In this document: piece by piece, positions 37,154 through 49,401 of the stretch
Layout of the letters: each line of letters opens with the position of its first letter
Numbering within the stretch: position 1 is the first letter of the stretch
NCBI GenBank assembly: GCA_030770535.1
Contig: JASVEC010000017.1
Span: forward strand, 930,001 to 994,000
Length of the DNA: 64,000 bases
Direction: 5' to 3'
Source of the DNA: Batkoa obscura
Lineage: Eukaryota
Notes under the pieces: generated by a model
Databases searched by the model: none
Seen by the model: only the letters and a program-made list of their open reading frames with translations
What the model was told of the DNA's origin: nothing
Translations under genes and position numbers: made by a program

Positions 37154-38279
37154 AGATTAATTTTATGATTTAATATATGAACATTTTACTATTTCAACTA
37201 ATTTAATAAAATTTATTCTAAATTTGTATGCCAATACTATTTTATCATAAAAAGCATCATATTAATGTCTTATACTTGTTATTTTGGATACACTATATTC
37301 ATGTCTTAATGTTAATATAATCACCTTTTTGTTTTAATAATAATGAAATGCCATACTTAAGCATGGATTTAAACAAATACTTATTCTATATTTATACTAA
37401 ATTTAAAATTTACTTTAAAATTTACTTTAAAATTTATATTTCCATCCATTAAACAAATGGCTTTTCTATGATATTTTTTTTGAAACAAAAAGTTAATTTT
37501 AAAATATCTATTTTAGAGAATATTTTATTATACAGACTGTAACACATATTTTCATCTAAAGTTATTAAATAAGATTTCCAATCAAAACATCCTTTAGTAT
37601 TCTTATTTATCTAAAGCTTAATAGCATGCTAGAACTTATTTTTTATATTAAAGCTAGAGAAAACAACTGTTTGATATTAGTAATATTGTGACATTTCACA
37701 ACATTCCTGTAAAGATAGGCCTACACTCAAAGTGCTTTTTGTTTGATTTTGGAATCTGGTTCCACTACTTACATTGGGCCCAATCTATTAGACGTTTTCT
37801 GTTATTTGCCCTTTTGTTCGTAGGCTTATCATTATATTATTGTATTGCCTGTCGTTAATTTGATATAAATATTGTTCATCTGGTCGTAGTATTTTACCAT
37901 AAAACATAATTTTTGGGCCTTCCAATATCAAGAATTATTTCAAACATAGGTAGCTTATATATTTTGTATAATGATAGATAATTGTCCAATTTGTATATAT
38001 ATGATTTTATAAGAACATTCATAGACACAAAAAACCCAATACCAGTAAAAAAAAATACTGAATAGCTAATTAATTAGTGGCTGTAGTAGTCAATCAACGT
38101 CAACAACTCCCATAATAATTTGTCCATTTTTTTAAAAAGTAGCAAATGAATTAATGCAAAAAAAATGTAAAATGCTAGCTGACTTTGATTCAACCAAAAC
38201 TCAAAATTTAGTATTGACCTACTAGCTAGTAATAGAAAACAACAGTAATTGATAGCAACTATTTTATATTAAATTTCAA

Positions 38280-39770
38280 ATGATGGATAATAAGCATATA
38301 ACAAAAAAAAGAGTATATGGACCTAAGAAAGAGATAAACAAATACAATGATAATGTTATAAAAAGTATCGTGGAATATTTGCCAACTTCAGATCGGATAA
38401 GATTGATGGACCTAAGTCAAGCCTTTTCTTGGCAAATATTTGTTAGTTTTTTAGAAGATTTGACTGATGACTGGCTAAGGGGGGATATGGACGAACTAGA
38501 CAACAATTTAACTACTTTTGGTAATATAGTTAAAACAATAACGATTAACACATGTCAAAGTACCGAGTTTTATGTTTATGTATTTAGTAAATGTATGAGG
38601 GCTACAATGGTTGTTTTAGACGAATGCAATGTTAATGAAATCCTAGATGCTGTTTACTCAACATATGGTCCAACTCTAGAACATCTTGATATTGGTTCTC
38701 CATTTGATGACGAACCCCCAGAAGACTTAGCACAAATACCTAACTTCCCAAATTTAGATACGCTGAAAATACAGCGTATGTGTATCAATGCCAGTTATTT
38801 AAATGAGTTGTTATACTTTGTACCTGATGCGCTTGTTGTGCTTCATCTTAGCCGACTCACTACTGTAGATGCTAGTTTGATGCGGTCATTGCTATCAAAG
38901 TTTACTAATTTAATGGATTTAGAACTTTTAGGTGATTTTTTTGTAGAAAGTGCTGTAATGTGTTTAGATACACCATTACCAAAATTAGAGTCCCTTTCGA
39001 TTGGTAATATCGGAAGTTTATCAAGGGCAGCTCATAAATTAAAGTTAAAAGCGAGTAATATACCCAGTTTGAATGAGTTAAAATTGTTTGGAGTTGAAGG
39101 GCTTAGTGATGATGGAAATCGTATGCCACATCTTTTAAATCATATGAATTATCCCATGGAATCAATTACAATGTGTTTTATGAATATGGATGTAGAATAT
39201 ACATTTAATTCTCAAAAGTTTCCCAATCTTAGACAGCTGTATTTAGAGAATTGTGATGCATTTAATATAGACTTAATTACTCATTGTTTCACCCGACTTC
39301 CAAACCTAGATAAATTAGTAATTAATCAATGCAATTTAAATGACGAATATTTTGTGAATTTATCCAAAAGGCCTAAAAAAGCAAGGACAAGCTGCAATTT
39401 AAAGATGTTCACTTTCAGAAATGGAGATGAAAAAATAGGAATAGAATTCATTTACTTTTTAAGGCTACATTTGACTTCTGTTGAACATTTAGATGTAACA
39501 AATACAATGGCTGAAGATGACTTAGATTTAGAACACGTAGCTAGAAGGTTAAAAGAAATATCCAGTACAAAAATGTCCTTGAAAACTTTTCGCTTTGGCA
39601 ACTCGTTTGTAGATGAAGAACTTGTAGAATGCTTTTTAGAGCTTAGTCCAGATATAGTAGAAGTAGAAACTGAAGATATTGACCATGCAGATATAATATC
39701 TAAACACAGAGATGCTTATAATAAGGCTATTACAATTTATTCTGATATGGATAATGACCTTGAGCTTTGA
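38280..39770 (+). CDS. Divergent F-box / RNI-like leucine-rich-repeat protein, intronless
   Basis: F-box-like NDNVIKSIVEYLPTSDRIRLMDLSQAF; repeats such as FPNLDTLKI, FTNLMDLEL, LPKLESLSI, FPNLRQLYLENC, LPNLDKLVINQC. Confidence 0.75.
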   Translation: MMDNKHITKKRVYGPKKEINKYNDNVIKSIVEYLPTSDRIRLMDLSQAFSWQIFVSFLEDLTDDWLRGDMDELDNNLTTFGNIVKTITINTCQSTEFYVYVFSKCMRATMVVLDECNVNEILDAVYSTYGPTLEHLDIGSPFDDEPPEDLAQIPNFPNLDTLKIQRMCINASYLNELLYFVPDALVVLHLSRLTTVDASLMRSLLSKFTNLMDLELLGDFFVESAVMCLDTPLPKLESLSIGNIGSLSRAAHKLKLKASNIPSLNELKLFGVEGLSDDGNRMPHLLNHMNYPMESITMCFMNMDVEYTFNSQKFPNLRQLYLENCDAFNIDLITHCFTRLPNLDKLVINQCNLNDEYFVNLSKRPKKARTSCNLKMFTFRNGDEKIGIEFIYFLRLHLTSVEHLDVTNTMAEDDLDLEHVARRLKEISSTKMSLKTFRFGNSFVDEELVECFLELSPDIVEVETEDIDHADIISKHRDAYNKAITIYSDMDNDLEL

Positions 39771-40363
39771 TGATTTTGTATAAAAAGAAATGAAGACGAA
39801 ATGATATTTAAATAATAGTATTTTATATTAAAATTGATCGAAAAATCGACTCCTAGGTACCTTTGCCTTCCTTCAGTATGAGTAGCTAGCTGAAAGCTTT
39901 AAAATGGGTTAATTTATAGTGTAATTCCTTTCACAATCTTATATAACATTTCTGTAGAAAATTTAAAACTTACCTAATTAAACTTTAGCAATGATGTTGC
40001 TGCAAAAGCAATTGCCTTGTAAATGAATTAATATTTATAATTTTCATATTAATTAATTTTATTTATAGTTTAAAATTCAAGTAATCTAAATAGTATATTA
40101 AGTATAGAATTCAAGAATTAAACAATAACGAAAGTTCAACTTTATTGTATTATTGCAAATTTTAATGTAAAAATTAAAAAACTTAGCCCGAATTATTTCT
40201 AATAGAATTTTAACACTAAAAAACAACCACTTGATATATCAGATTTAACTGTAAAATGACAAAAATTAAAATTCATTTGTATTTAAAAAAGGTTTTCAAT
40301 GTAATAATGATTGACAAAGAGCTCACTTTTAATCTAGAAAAATTAATTTGGCAAAACTCAAAA

Positions 40364-42591
40364 CTAAACATTAACTTGAGAAGCATCCAATCCGAGGGCG
40401 TGCAAAAACAGATTAACATTAGTAATTTTAGTAGCTGCAACATCACTAGGTAAATGACCACGAGAGGCAAGGGTAATTTGCTCAATAACTTTATCACTAA
40501 AAAAGATTAAATGATGGATTAAAAATCTAGCTTAAAATTACCGAAGTTCCAACACGAGGGTATGCTGTTGATCAAGATTAAGGCCTACTGAAAGAGAAGC
40601 CAGAAACTGCCAAGCGTATAAATCATCAATTTGAGACATGAGCGATGGGAAAATGGCCAAAAAATGATTTTGTAGCGAATTAAACAAATTCGAAAACAAT
40701 TCAGAGCTATAATAAAAATAATTAATCATTGGCTATTTTAAAATTTTAAATTCTAACCTTCTAGCTAATGGCACTTCAGGCGATGGTGCCATCATTCCAA
40801 TAAAACTTCCTCCAGATTGTCGGAGTACTTCAATTCGAGTCAAGAAAATGGTTAAAAAGGCTAAACCAACTTTAGAACGTGAAATAGCAACCACATTATT
40901 CTTTTCCATTAAAATAGAAAGCAATCCATTGACAATTACAAGTGGAGCCTCACTTATATAGGCCATAACTAACGGCAACACGGATGAAAGGAAAAGTTCA
41001 ATTTCATCCGTAATAATGGGAGGTAATCGACCCTTTGGTGGACATATCCCATTCTTGACTACATTCAAGTCTTCAAAATGAGAAAGCAAAACCGAAATAA
41101 AGTTTAAAGTGTGATCCCTTGACATTAATCTCCCATATCTTAAAATTAACTTTTTACCCTTAGCTGAGTTTAAAAAATGAACAATGGAGTATGAGTTTCT
41201 ATTCAAATAAATAAAATAATAATAGCAAATAAATTAGAGTTACCCTTCATCCCCGATACCAAAAGTTTCCCAAAGATCAATACAAACAGACTCAAAGTTT
41301 CTAGCCCTAAGTTAAAAGTAAATCTTAGCTTGGATTTAGACTTAAAAATAAACTTACCATTCGTCAAGCTTAGCTCTCTCTTCATTTGTCCCATACTTCA
41401 AAATAGGTCGATTACGTGCTAATTGTTCAATTTCAAGTAAATAAACGTACATCTTTTCAATTAGTAATGCGGTTTTCTTTCGTTCTAATGGCGTTTGTGA
41501 AACAAAGGATGAGCGGTATGGCAAGTTGGTGATACGTCCTAAAGAGGCTGGGCGCTAATTATTTATTAGAAATAGTTTAATTTAGTCTTGAATTAGTTAC
41601 TTGAGTATTTATACCGGGACCATTTAAGATATCCAAGCCTGAACTTAATCCTTCTGAAGGTGATCGCTGATGACTCACTTGCAAGACCATTTTAGGGTTA
41701 CGGCTCGATTTTTGAGCTACTTTTCCAAGTGCGTTTTCTAATCCCTTCTTTGAGTTTTCTTGTCTCCTTTTAGTATCAGCTACCACTTTAGCTAATTGTT
41801 TCTGCATCTTTTGAAGCTCATTGTTTTTATGGCCTCGCCCATTATTCCCTTGGTCATTACCTTTATCGTTAACGTTTCCAATAGTTCCAGTAAATGAATT
41901 AAGCATTTCAAAATAAAAATCATCCACTTTTAAAGAATCTGAGTTAGAAACTAACTGTGAAAGTTGGACCCTAAGTACAAAATCCTTATCATTTTGGCAC
42001 ATGAACTTAGCTTCTTTCGCCTATTCTTTTATTTAATTTTTTAAACAATTATTGATATATTTAATTACCATCTTTTCTTCTTTCAATAACCTTGCTTTTC
42101 TTCTTTCTAGCTTAATACTTCCCCAATCCACTTTCTTTGGGTAAACTGGAGCTTCCTGACTTGGAACTGGGGGACCAAAAAGATCATCTAATGAGATATT
42201 AACTCCAAAAGCAGGACCAGAAACATTTGGTTCGTTCCACATCTCCATAGGCTTACTCAACCCTGGAGCCGGCTTAATAGCGTTAGCCGGTTTAAATCCA
42301 GGTGGAGCTCTTTTATTCTGAGGAGGAAGAGGCCTTTCAGGTATCAATTTATTACTTGCAGTAAAATCGAAATCCTTATCTAAATCATGTTAGATTAAAA
42401 AACAAACTTTAACTAAATCTAATACCAATGTTCTCTAATGAAGAGCTACCAAAAGTTTGATCGTTTAAAGCATCAATCGCAAACAAATCATCGTCTAAGG
42501 GTACACCATACTCTGCTTTTTTCCCTTTATTTTTTTGCCTACCGCCTTCCTTTGGAAGCGCTGTATCAAATCCAAAAAAACTGCCACTCAT
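40364..42591 (-). CDS. PAT1: mRNA decapping activator Pat1, multi-exon
   Basis: MSGSFFGFDTALP, DALNDQTFG, MCQNDKDFVLRVQLSQL...DDFYFE, LENALGKV...RNPK, KGKKLILR, YAWQFLASLSVG, VNLFLHALGLDASQV*. Confidence 0.93.
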
Positions 42592-43392
42592 CTGTTTTGA
42601 TTACAAGTTTTAAAATGAAATTGCTTTTTAAAAATAACTGACTTTTAGTTGATTACCAGGTGCATTTGATTGGCTATATTGCCATAGAAAATGACTTAGC
42701 AGAAAAATTGGATGATGATTCAATATTTTTTGTTAAAACAGGTTGGTTTTTTTTCTAATAGTCAGTATCCTTAAAATATACTATAGCGTTTCTTAGAACT
42801 AATTCACTTGTCTTCAGCTAAAAATTCATCCAAAAAATTCACCAAATTTCTAGATTAAACAAAGTATTTAACTAATGAATGGATAAAAAGTTGTTAAGAA
42901 ATAAAATAAGAGATGAGGCTAAATGTAGTATGACCAGATTTGAGCTCTAATTTATAAATTAAAACGTTCTCAATTAAAAAGATTAAAGTTGGCCAAACTT
43001 ATAAACACTAACATTCTCTAGCGAAGAATTATTTTGTTGGAAACGATCAAGCTAAAATTTTCTGCTATTTTGTGTAAACTCCATTGCTTCATGGAAAAAG
43101 GCATATATTATTGAAAGAGCATGGTTTGTAAGTACAGTTATAATAAATTAAAATTAAGGGATGACTTAATGAAAAGAAGAGAATAAAAAAGCTATAACAT
43201 TAGATTATTTTATAAATTATGGTAGATTTTGTATGTAAAGTAATTGTGATACTAACCAAATAAGATAATTTATTATTATTAAAACATTTAAGTTGGTATA
43301 TATAATAAAGGTTGTAAAAAGCTGTATATTTTTTAATATTACTATAAATTAAAAATACTTTAGGACGTTTTTATTGTGCTCGTAATTTCAAT

Positions 43393-45738
43393 TTACTCAA
43401 AAGGAGCTCTTTGTAAAGCTAATAATAGATTCTTCATCATATGGTCAAAATATTCTATGCAATCTAATTTACTAACTGTTGAAATCGCATAATCAATAAT
43501 ATCTTTTACATCAATTACTATATCTTGGGACATATCCAAATTCGATGATAAACAAGTCCTGATAAATCCTTTAATAAATGAAAAAAATAGCTCTGAAGGG
43601 TTCAACATATAGGAATAAGGTGACAAAAAATGTAATTGATGCTTAGTGCCACTTAAAACCTTTCTTGCTATCTCAGCACCATGAATCCTAGTATCATCTA
43701 ATATTATATGAAATCCATGCATACTTTGATCTTTGTTGAGAATGGTAGTTAGCCCTATAATAAATTTATCAAAATTGGTGCTTTTATTTATTTCATCAGA
43801 AAAAGTGTAATGTACAACTCCTTTTCGAGAAATTGCTAATATCAAAGTTTGACTTTTGTTTTTCATAGTTGGAATAGTTATAGGTGTATTCACTTCACCA
43901 ATTGATTGTTCAGTTGTTTTATTTAAATGGAAATCAAACCCAGATTCATGAATAAATATACATTGATCTATATGTTTAAAACAATGTTGAACAAAATGCA
44001 TAGCGTATTCTGCTCTTTTAGATACAATAAACTCTTCATTTACCTTGTCTAAAACACAACTTGAGCTCCTAAATATTACTTTTAGTGACTCTAATGCATT
44101 ATTTATTAAAGCCAACTCCAACTTAACCCCTATTCGATCATATAATATCATTTGTAATTGGTCTAAAGTATATTTGCAATTTTCCTCAATAATTTTTTCA
44201 ATTTCTAAGGTAGCCTGCTCCATTAAAACTGAATAATCACCCACTATTTTACTCTTTGTTTTTGTTTCTGTATTATTGTCTTTTTCACTCCAAATAGTCA
44301 CTTTTGTTTCTTTAAAGATAACAGACGGCTGTTCCAATACATCCTTTATAGCTACTTCTTGATCTTCAATTGGGACCATTAAATTATTTATGTTGATATT
44401 ATCTATGTTACCTTCCATCTGAGGATATATAATTTTATCTATTCCATCAAAAGTAACTAGCAACTGGTCTGATATATCCTTTATAGCTATTTCCTGATTC
44501 TCGATTGGCAAAGCTGAATTATTAATATTAATTTGATCGATTCTACCATCCTTTTGAGGATCTTTGATTTTGTTTTTTTCTTCAATTTCATGAAAATTTA
44601 GCTTATCATCCTCTATTGAAATTGATTCATCATCATCTATTATAATTATTTCGTTATCTTTCTGGGTATTTAATCCGAAATCTTTCTGGATATTTGTATA
44701 TCTAATTTTATCTATTCCTTGAATTCCTTGAAAACTTATATTATCATCATCTATTACAATTATTTCATCGTCATCTATTACAATTATTTCCTTTTCCTTT
44801 TGTAAATTTGATTTGACATCTTTTTGGGCACCTATTACTTTATTATTTTGATTGCTTACTTTCTCTGCGCATAAACTCTCCCCCAAACTCCCTTTTTGAC
44901 TATATTCGTAACTACCTTCAGCTTTATTATGAATAAGCAACTTTTCTACTGCTTCATTTATAGAATTTCCTTTTTCATTAAATAGCCTTGATAATTTATT
45001 ATTATCGTTATTATCGACAACTATTTCATTACACATTTGACCAAGGAACCTTTTTAAATTGATACGGTTCTCCAAATTGATTTTTCCTAAAGCTATAAGC
45101 TCCATTAAATTTTTTTTTGCCTTTAAAGCAATATCCTCTGCAGTAGCATAGCTAATAGACAACTCCTCTGATACCTCTTTTATAGATTTTCCTTTTTCAA
45201 TCATTAGCTTTAATAGATTCTCTTTAATTTCATATTCTGTTCTATTGTAAAATCTAGCAAGTGATTCTTCTGATTTCATATCTTTTTGTATAATTATTTC
45301 TCCTAAATTTGTACCCTTTTTCAATCTCTTCCTTTCTTTCTTAACTTTATAATGTGCTTTGGGATAGCCAATAAATACCTTTTCTCCTGCTTCTTTTATT
45401 GACATACCTTGATTAATTACTAATTCTGATAAACACTCATCAGCTTTATTGTTTGTTTTATTATAAGGCTTAACTGAGGATCCCATAAGGCTGTCATCTT
45501 TTCTTGCACTTGCTTCTAATACACTTAAAACTTTTTTCAACCTCATTCTCTCTTGAGTAACGCTATAATAAGCAGCTCCATAACTAATACACAACCGCTC
45601 AGATGCTTCTTTTATTGTCATTCCTTGATTAGTTACTAAATCAAATAGCTTTTGTTCAGCTTCGCTGTTCATTTTACGATTGTTTTGATCTCCATAATTT
45701 CCTAGCATGTTGTTTAGCTCTGTTATTTCATTTGACAT
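43393..45738 (-). CDS. Transposase-derived protein: 3-4 tandem HTH-like repeats, acidic repeat linker, and an IS630/Tc1-mariner DD34E domain with D1->H
   Basis: Unbroken 781-aa ORF. C-terminus: CIFIHESGF (canonical FIDE.GF), IILDDTRIH, FLSPYSYMLNPSELFFSFIK, with 34 residues between the second D and the E. N-terminal repeats L..LV.NQGM.IKEA.E.L.I.Y..A. Confidence 0.85.
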   Translation of the reverse strand: MSNEITELNNMLGNYGDQNNRKMNSEAEQKLFDLVTNQGMTIKEASERLCISYGAAYYSVTQERMRLKKVLSVLEASARKDDSLMGSSVKPYNKTNNKADECLSELVINQGMSIKEAGEKVFIGYPKAHYKVKKERKRLKKGTNLGEIIIQKDMKSEESLARFYNRTEYEIKENLLKLMIEKGKSIKEVSEELSISYATAEDIALKAKKNLMELIALGKINLENRINLKRFLGQMCNEIVVDNNDNNKLSRLFNEKGNSINEAVEKLLIHNKAEGSYEYSQKGSLGESLCAEKVSNQNNKVIGAQKDVKSNLQKEKEIIVIDDDEIIVIDDDNISFQGIQGIDKIRYTNIQKDFGLNTQKDNEIIIIDDDESISIEDDKLNFHEIEEKNKIKDPQKDGRIDQININNSALPIENQEIAIKDISDQLLVTFDGIDKIIYPQMEGNIDNININNLMVPIEDQEVAIKDVLEQPSVIFKETKVTIWSEKDNNTETKTKSKIVGDYSVLMEQATLEIEKIIEENCKYTLDQLQMILYDRIGVKLELALINNALESLKVIFRSSSCVLDKVNEEFIVSKRAEYAMHFVQHCFKHIDQCIFIHESGFDFHLNKTTEQSIGEVNTPITIPTMKNKSQTLILAISRKGVVHYTFSDEINKSTNFDKFIIGLTTILNKDQSMHGFHIILDDTRIHGAEIARKVLSGTKHQLHFLSPYSYMLNPSELFFSFIKGFIRTCLSSNLDMSQDIVIDVKDIIDYAISTVSKLDCIEYFDHMMKNLLLALQRAPFE

Positions 45739-46547
45739 TGGAATCTAAAATTAAATAGTTAAAATTAAAATATAATACAACTTGCTTAGATTAAAAATAA
45801 ATGTTTATTTTATTGCTTGAAAAATCCTATTAAAAGGTTTAGTTTCATAATGGTTAGAATTAAAAAATCCAAAAAGGGCTAAATTTATTCAATCTATCTT
45901 GCATCTTACCTGATCTTAAATATATATTTAAATCCTTCTTATATAAATTTTATTGACATTAAAAGTCCACCTAATTCTTAATTCAGTTACGTTTAAGAAA
46001 AAAACTAAAGTCAATATTTTTAAAATTGGAATTTATTTATAAAATAAATTTCTACTTTTTAATGTGCTGTTCATTTTTAAGTTGCCTTTTAACATGAAAT
46101 CTGTAATTTTTTTTTAGAAATCCTTGAAGATAAATTCTCAAGTAGTTCATTTTTGAAGGTGAGTAAAGTAAAAGTGTAAAGGAACTCAATGATAAGTAGA
46201 ATGAGTATAGGGAACCTGCAATCATTCTTTAAATAGAATTTTTTCCAAAAAATAATACCTAAAATTAATTGATTATTTTACAAAACTGAAGTCCTTCTTT
46301 ATGGACAAAAGTTGCTTTTTATAACAAACTCATAGTACGAATATATATCTATTATCTTTTCTTTGTTTTTAAATTAAGATGTTATAGCTTTTGTAGTTGA
46401 AATAATTGCTATAGTAACCAAAAAATAAAAAAATCTTTTAGTTCTAAGTTTAATTAGTATAAAATAATAAAAAATTATAATAAGGCTATTAGCGTTTTAT
46501 AAAACATGTATTATAATTGTTTCATAATTTATTTACACAGATCTAGG

Positions 46548-48229
46548 TTACTCGAATAGAACTTTATATAAAGCTAATGTCATATTTCTTACCATATATT
46601 CGAAATATTATATGCAGTTCGATTTACTTATTACTGGAATCGCACGTCTAATAATGTCTTTTAAATAAATATCAATAGTTTGAGATGCATTTGAATTTCA
46701 CAATAAATATGTCCTAATAAATCTCTTAATAAAAGAAAAAAGCTGTTCTGTTGGATTTAACATACAAGAATAAGGGGATAAAAAATGTAATTGACGCTTA
46801 GTATCACTTAAAAATAGTTTTGCTTGATCAACACCATCTATTCTAGTACTATCTAAAATTATATGAGGTCCTTGTACCTTCTGATCTTTATTGAGAATGG
46901 TAGTTACCCCTATAATAAATTTAATAAGATTAAAGCCTTTATGTATTTCATCTGATATAATAGAATATACAATCCCTTTTCGAGATATTGCTAATATTAA
47001 AGTTTGACTTTTATCTTTTATAGTTGGAATAGCTATATATATCTTCACTTGACCAATTGATTGCTCAGTTGGTTTTTTTGAATAAAAATTGGATCCTGAT
47101 TGATGAATAAATACACATTTATCAATATCTCCAAAGCAATTTTTCATAAAATATTTAGATATCTTACTCTTTTAGATACTGTAGATCCTTCATTTATTTT
47201 ATCTATAATATTGCTTGAGTTATCGAGCATGACTCTTAATGGTTTTAATGTATCACTTATTAAAATTAGCTTCAATTTAACTCCTATTTGATCATACAGT
47301 ATCATTTGTATTTGGTCTAAAGTGTATTTATAATTTTCCTCAATAATCTTTTCAACTTCTATTGTAGCTTGTTCCGTTAAAATTAAATAATTACCTAGCT
47401 CTTTGTTTTCTAATTCTGCATCCCTATTAAATCTTTTCTCTCTCTGAAGAATCACATTTATATTACTATTGTTATCTGACAATTGCTCCGATACATCATG
47501 GAAACATTTCTTGATCCTTGACTGGTGATAATAAGTTATTTACCTCATCATTTTTTTTGAAGATTTTTGACTTTACTTATTTCATCCTCCTCCTGTATAC
47601 TTGTTTCGTCATCTTTTGGACTACTTAATTCATTATATTCCAGGTTACTTAATTCACTATCTTCTAAGACACCAAATTCATGGCCTTCTTGTGTATTAAA
47701 TTTCCTATCTTGTTATGTGCTAAATTCACCTCCTTCCTAAATACTTAATTCATCCCAGTTTTATTATAATAATTTGTTACACTTACAATCTTTTTTATTT
47801 TCTTTTTTCTTGTAAAAGAATATTAACTGCATTACCATAACTAATAGATAATAGTTTATCTACATTTTTTGTATACATTTTTTGTCCATTTACTAACTTG
47901 ATTAATTTTTTTTAGCCAACTTGTCGATTTTTTTATTACATTTATTGGCAAACTTTTTTAATTTTTCATCTTTTTCAATATTTCATCTTTTTCAACATTA
48001 GTTTCACCTAACTTTATTGCTTTTCTTAAATTCTTTTTTCTTGAAATATTATGGTCCCTGTAGTATAGTAATTGATTGATAATCGCTTTACTGCTTCTTT
48101 TGTAGAAATTCCTTGTTTAATTACTAATCTTATTAATTTCTTTTTAATTTGTTCATTGACTTATTATAGTTTCGAATTATATTAATTTCTTGATGTTGAC
48201 TATTTCTTCTTCTTTACTCTATTTGATAT
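46548..48229 (-). pseudogene. Decayed tandem paralog of the transposase-derived gene
   Basis: Fragments EQATIEVEKIIEENYKYTLDQIQMILYD, CVFIHQSG, IILDSTRID, FLSPYSCMLNPTEQLFSFIK, LALYKVLFE* align with 43393-45738. Frameshifts and stops are present, and the start ATG appears mutated to ATA at ~48229. Confidence 0.85.
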
Positions 48230-48717
48230 TGCAACCTAAATTTGACATAAAGTGTTCATTCAAAATTTAAAATGGTTATTTTTATTCAGCTTATTGATTC
48301 AATCTATTTAACTTAAGCTCTTAGCTTTAAATAGTTGAGGATATACTATCTAAAATTGATCCTTTTAACTTGTTTTAATTTCCTTCTCACCTAATATTGA
48401 ATAAACGGTCGAATCCTTTTTGTATAATATAATTGAAGTTAAAGCCCTTGTCCATCTTCAATTCAACTGGGTTTAAGAAAAGAATTGATGTTAATATTTT
48501 AAAAATGGAAGCTAAAAGCTTAATCGATTACTGACTGAGCTAATGAAGCCAGTTAAGCTCAATAGATTAAACTTCCTTCCTTTTTAAAAACGAATGCATT
48601 GTTTATTTTTTAAACCTTTTTGAATGAAACGAAAATTTTTAAGTTGATCATAAGATGTAGGATAGCTGTTGCAACTTGCGATTTTTTAGCATTAATTTTT
48701 ATAAGTAAATTACATAT

Positions 48718-48816
48718 GGGGATGTATTTTTGCGTTTGAGAATTTTGCTAACAATTTTTCCACTCAAATAGCGCTTAAAAGATGGAAAAAATAATGAAGC
48801 CAAAAAGGACACCCCC
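48718..48816 (-). mobile_element. ~98-bp MITE, copy 11
   Basis: GGGGATGT...ACACCCCC flanked by ATAT/ATAT. Confidence 0.9.
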
Positions 48817-49401
48817 ATATAGCGGATTTTTTTAGAGCTCATTTCTTATATTTAGTTGAATTTCGACATAATTTTTCTTTCATAAGCTAATAGTTAAATA
48901 GGTCACAAAAGAGTTGCATCAGCCGTAAGTTCCTCCTTTGTGGCTCCAAAAATGTTCTTGTTAAATTTCTATTAAATCTTTTGAAGTTACTGAAACTTTA
49001 TTTTAAAATAATCAAAGCAAACGATGTAAAAAAATGAAGAAGGATAAAAAGACTTATATTGTGTACATGTAACATAATTTTACTTTTAATTAGAAATAAA
49101 GATTAATTTTTTAATTGAAAACTGGGGTTTTAAAAATATTAGTTATGAGGAGAAAAGCTAAACTATATTTTATAAAAATTGTACTACTTTATGGAAAATA
49201 ATAAATATTTAAATAGGTATTAATATAAATATATTAGCTTTAAAATATTTAATAAATGCTATTAAGTAATAACAAAATCTTGATTATTATAAAAGCTAGC
49301 AAAATAGATTAAATCTCCGTCAAAATGATGTCATTCTTTAGCTTATAAATTGCTTTAGTTTTCAATTTAGTTATTTTTTTAAATTTCCAACCATTTTAAC
49401 A

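Noticed and set aside
43393..45738. The DD34E ORF as the active transposase for the MITE family
   Set aside because: Its first catalytic Asp is His, and Tc1/mariner enzymes duplicate TA whereas the MITE has 4-bp TSDs including ATTT and ACAT.
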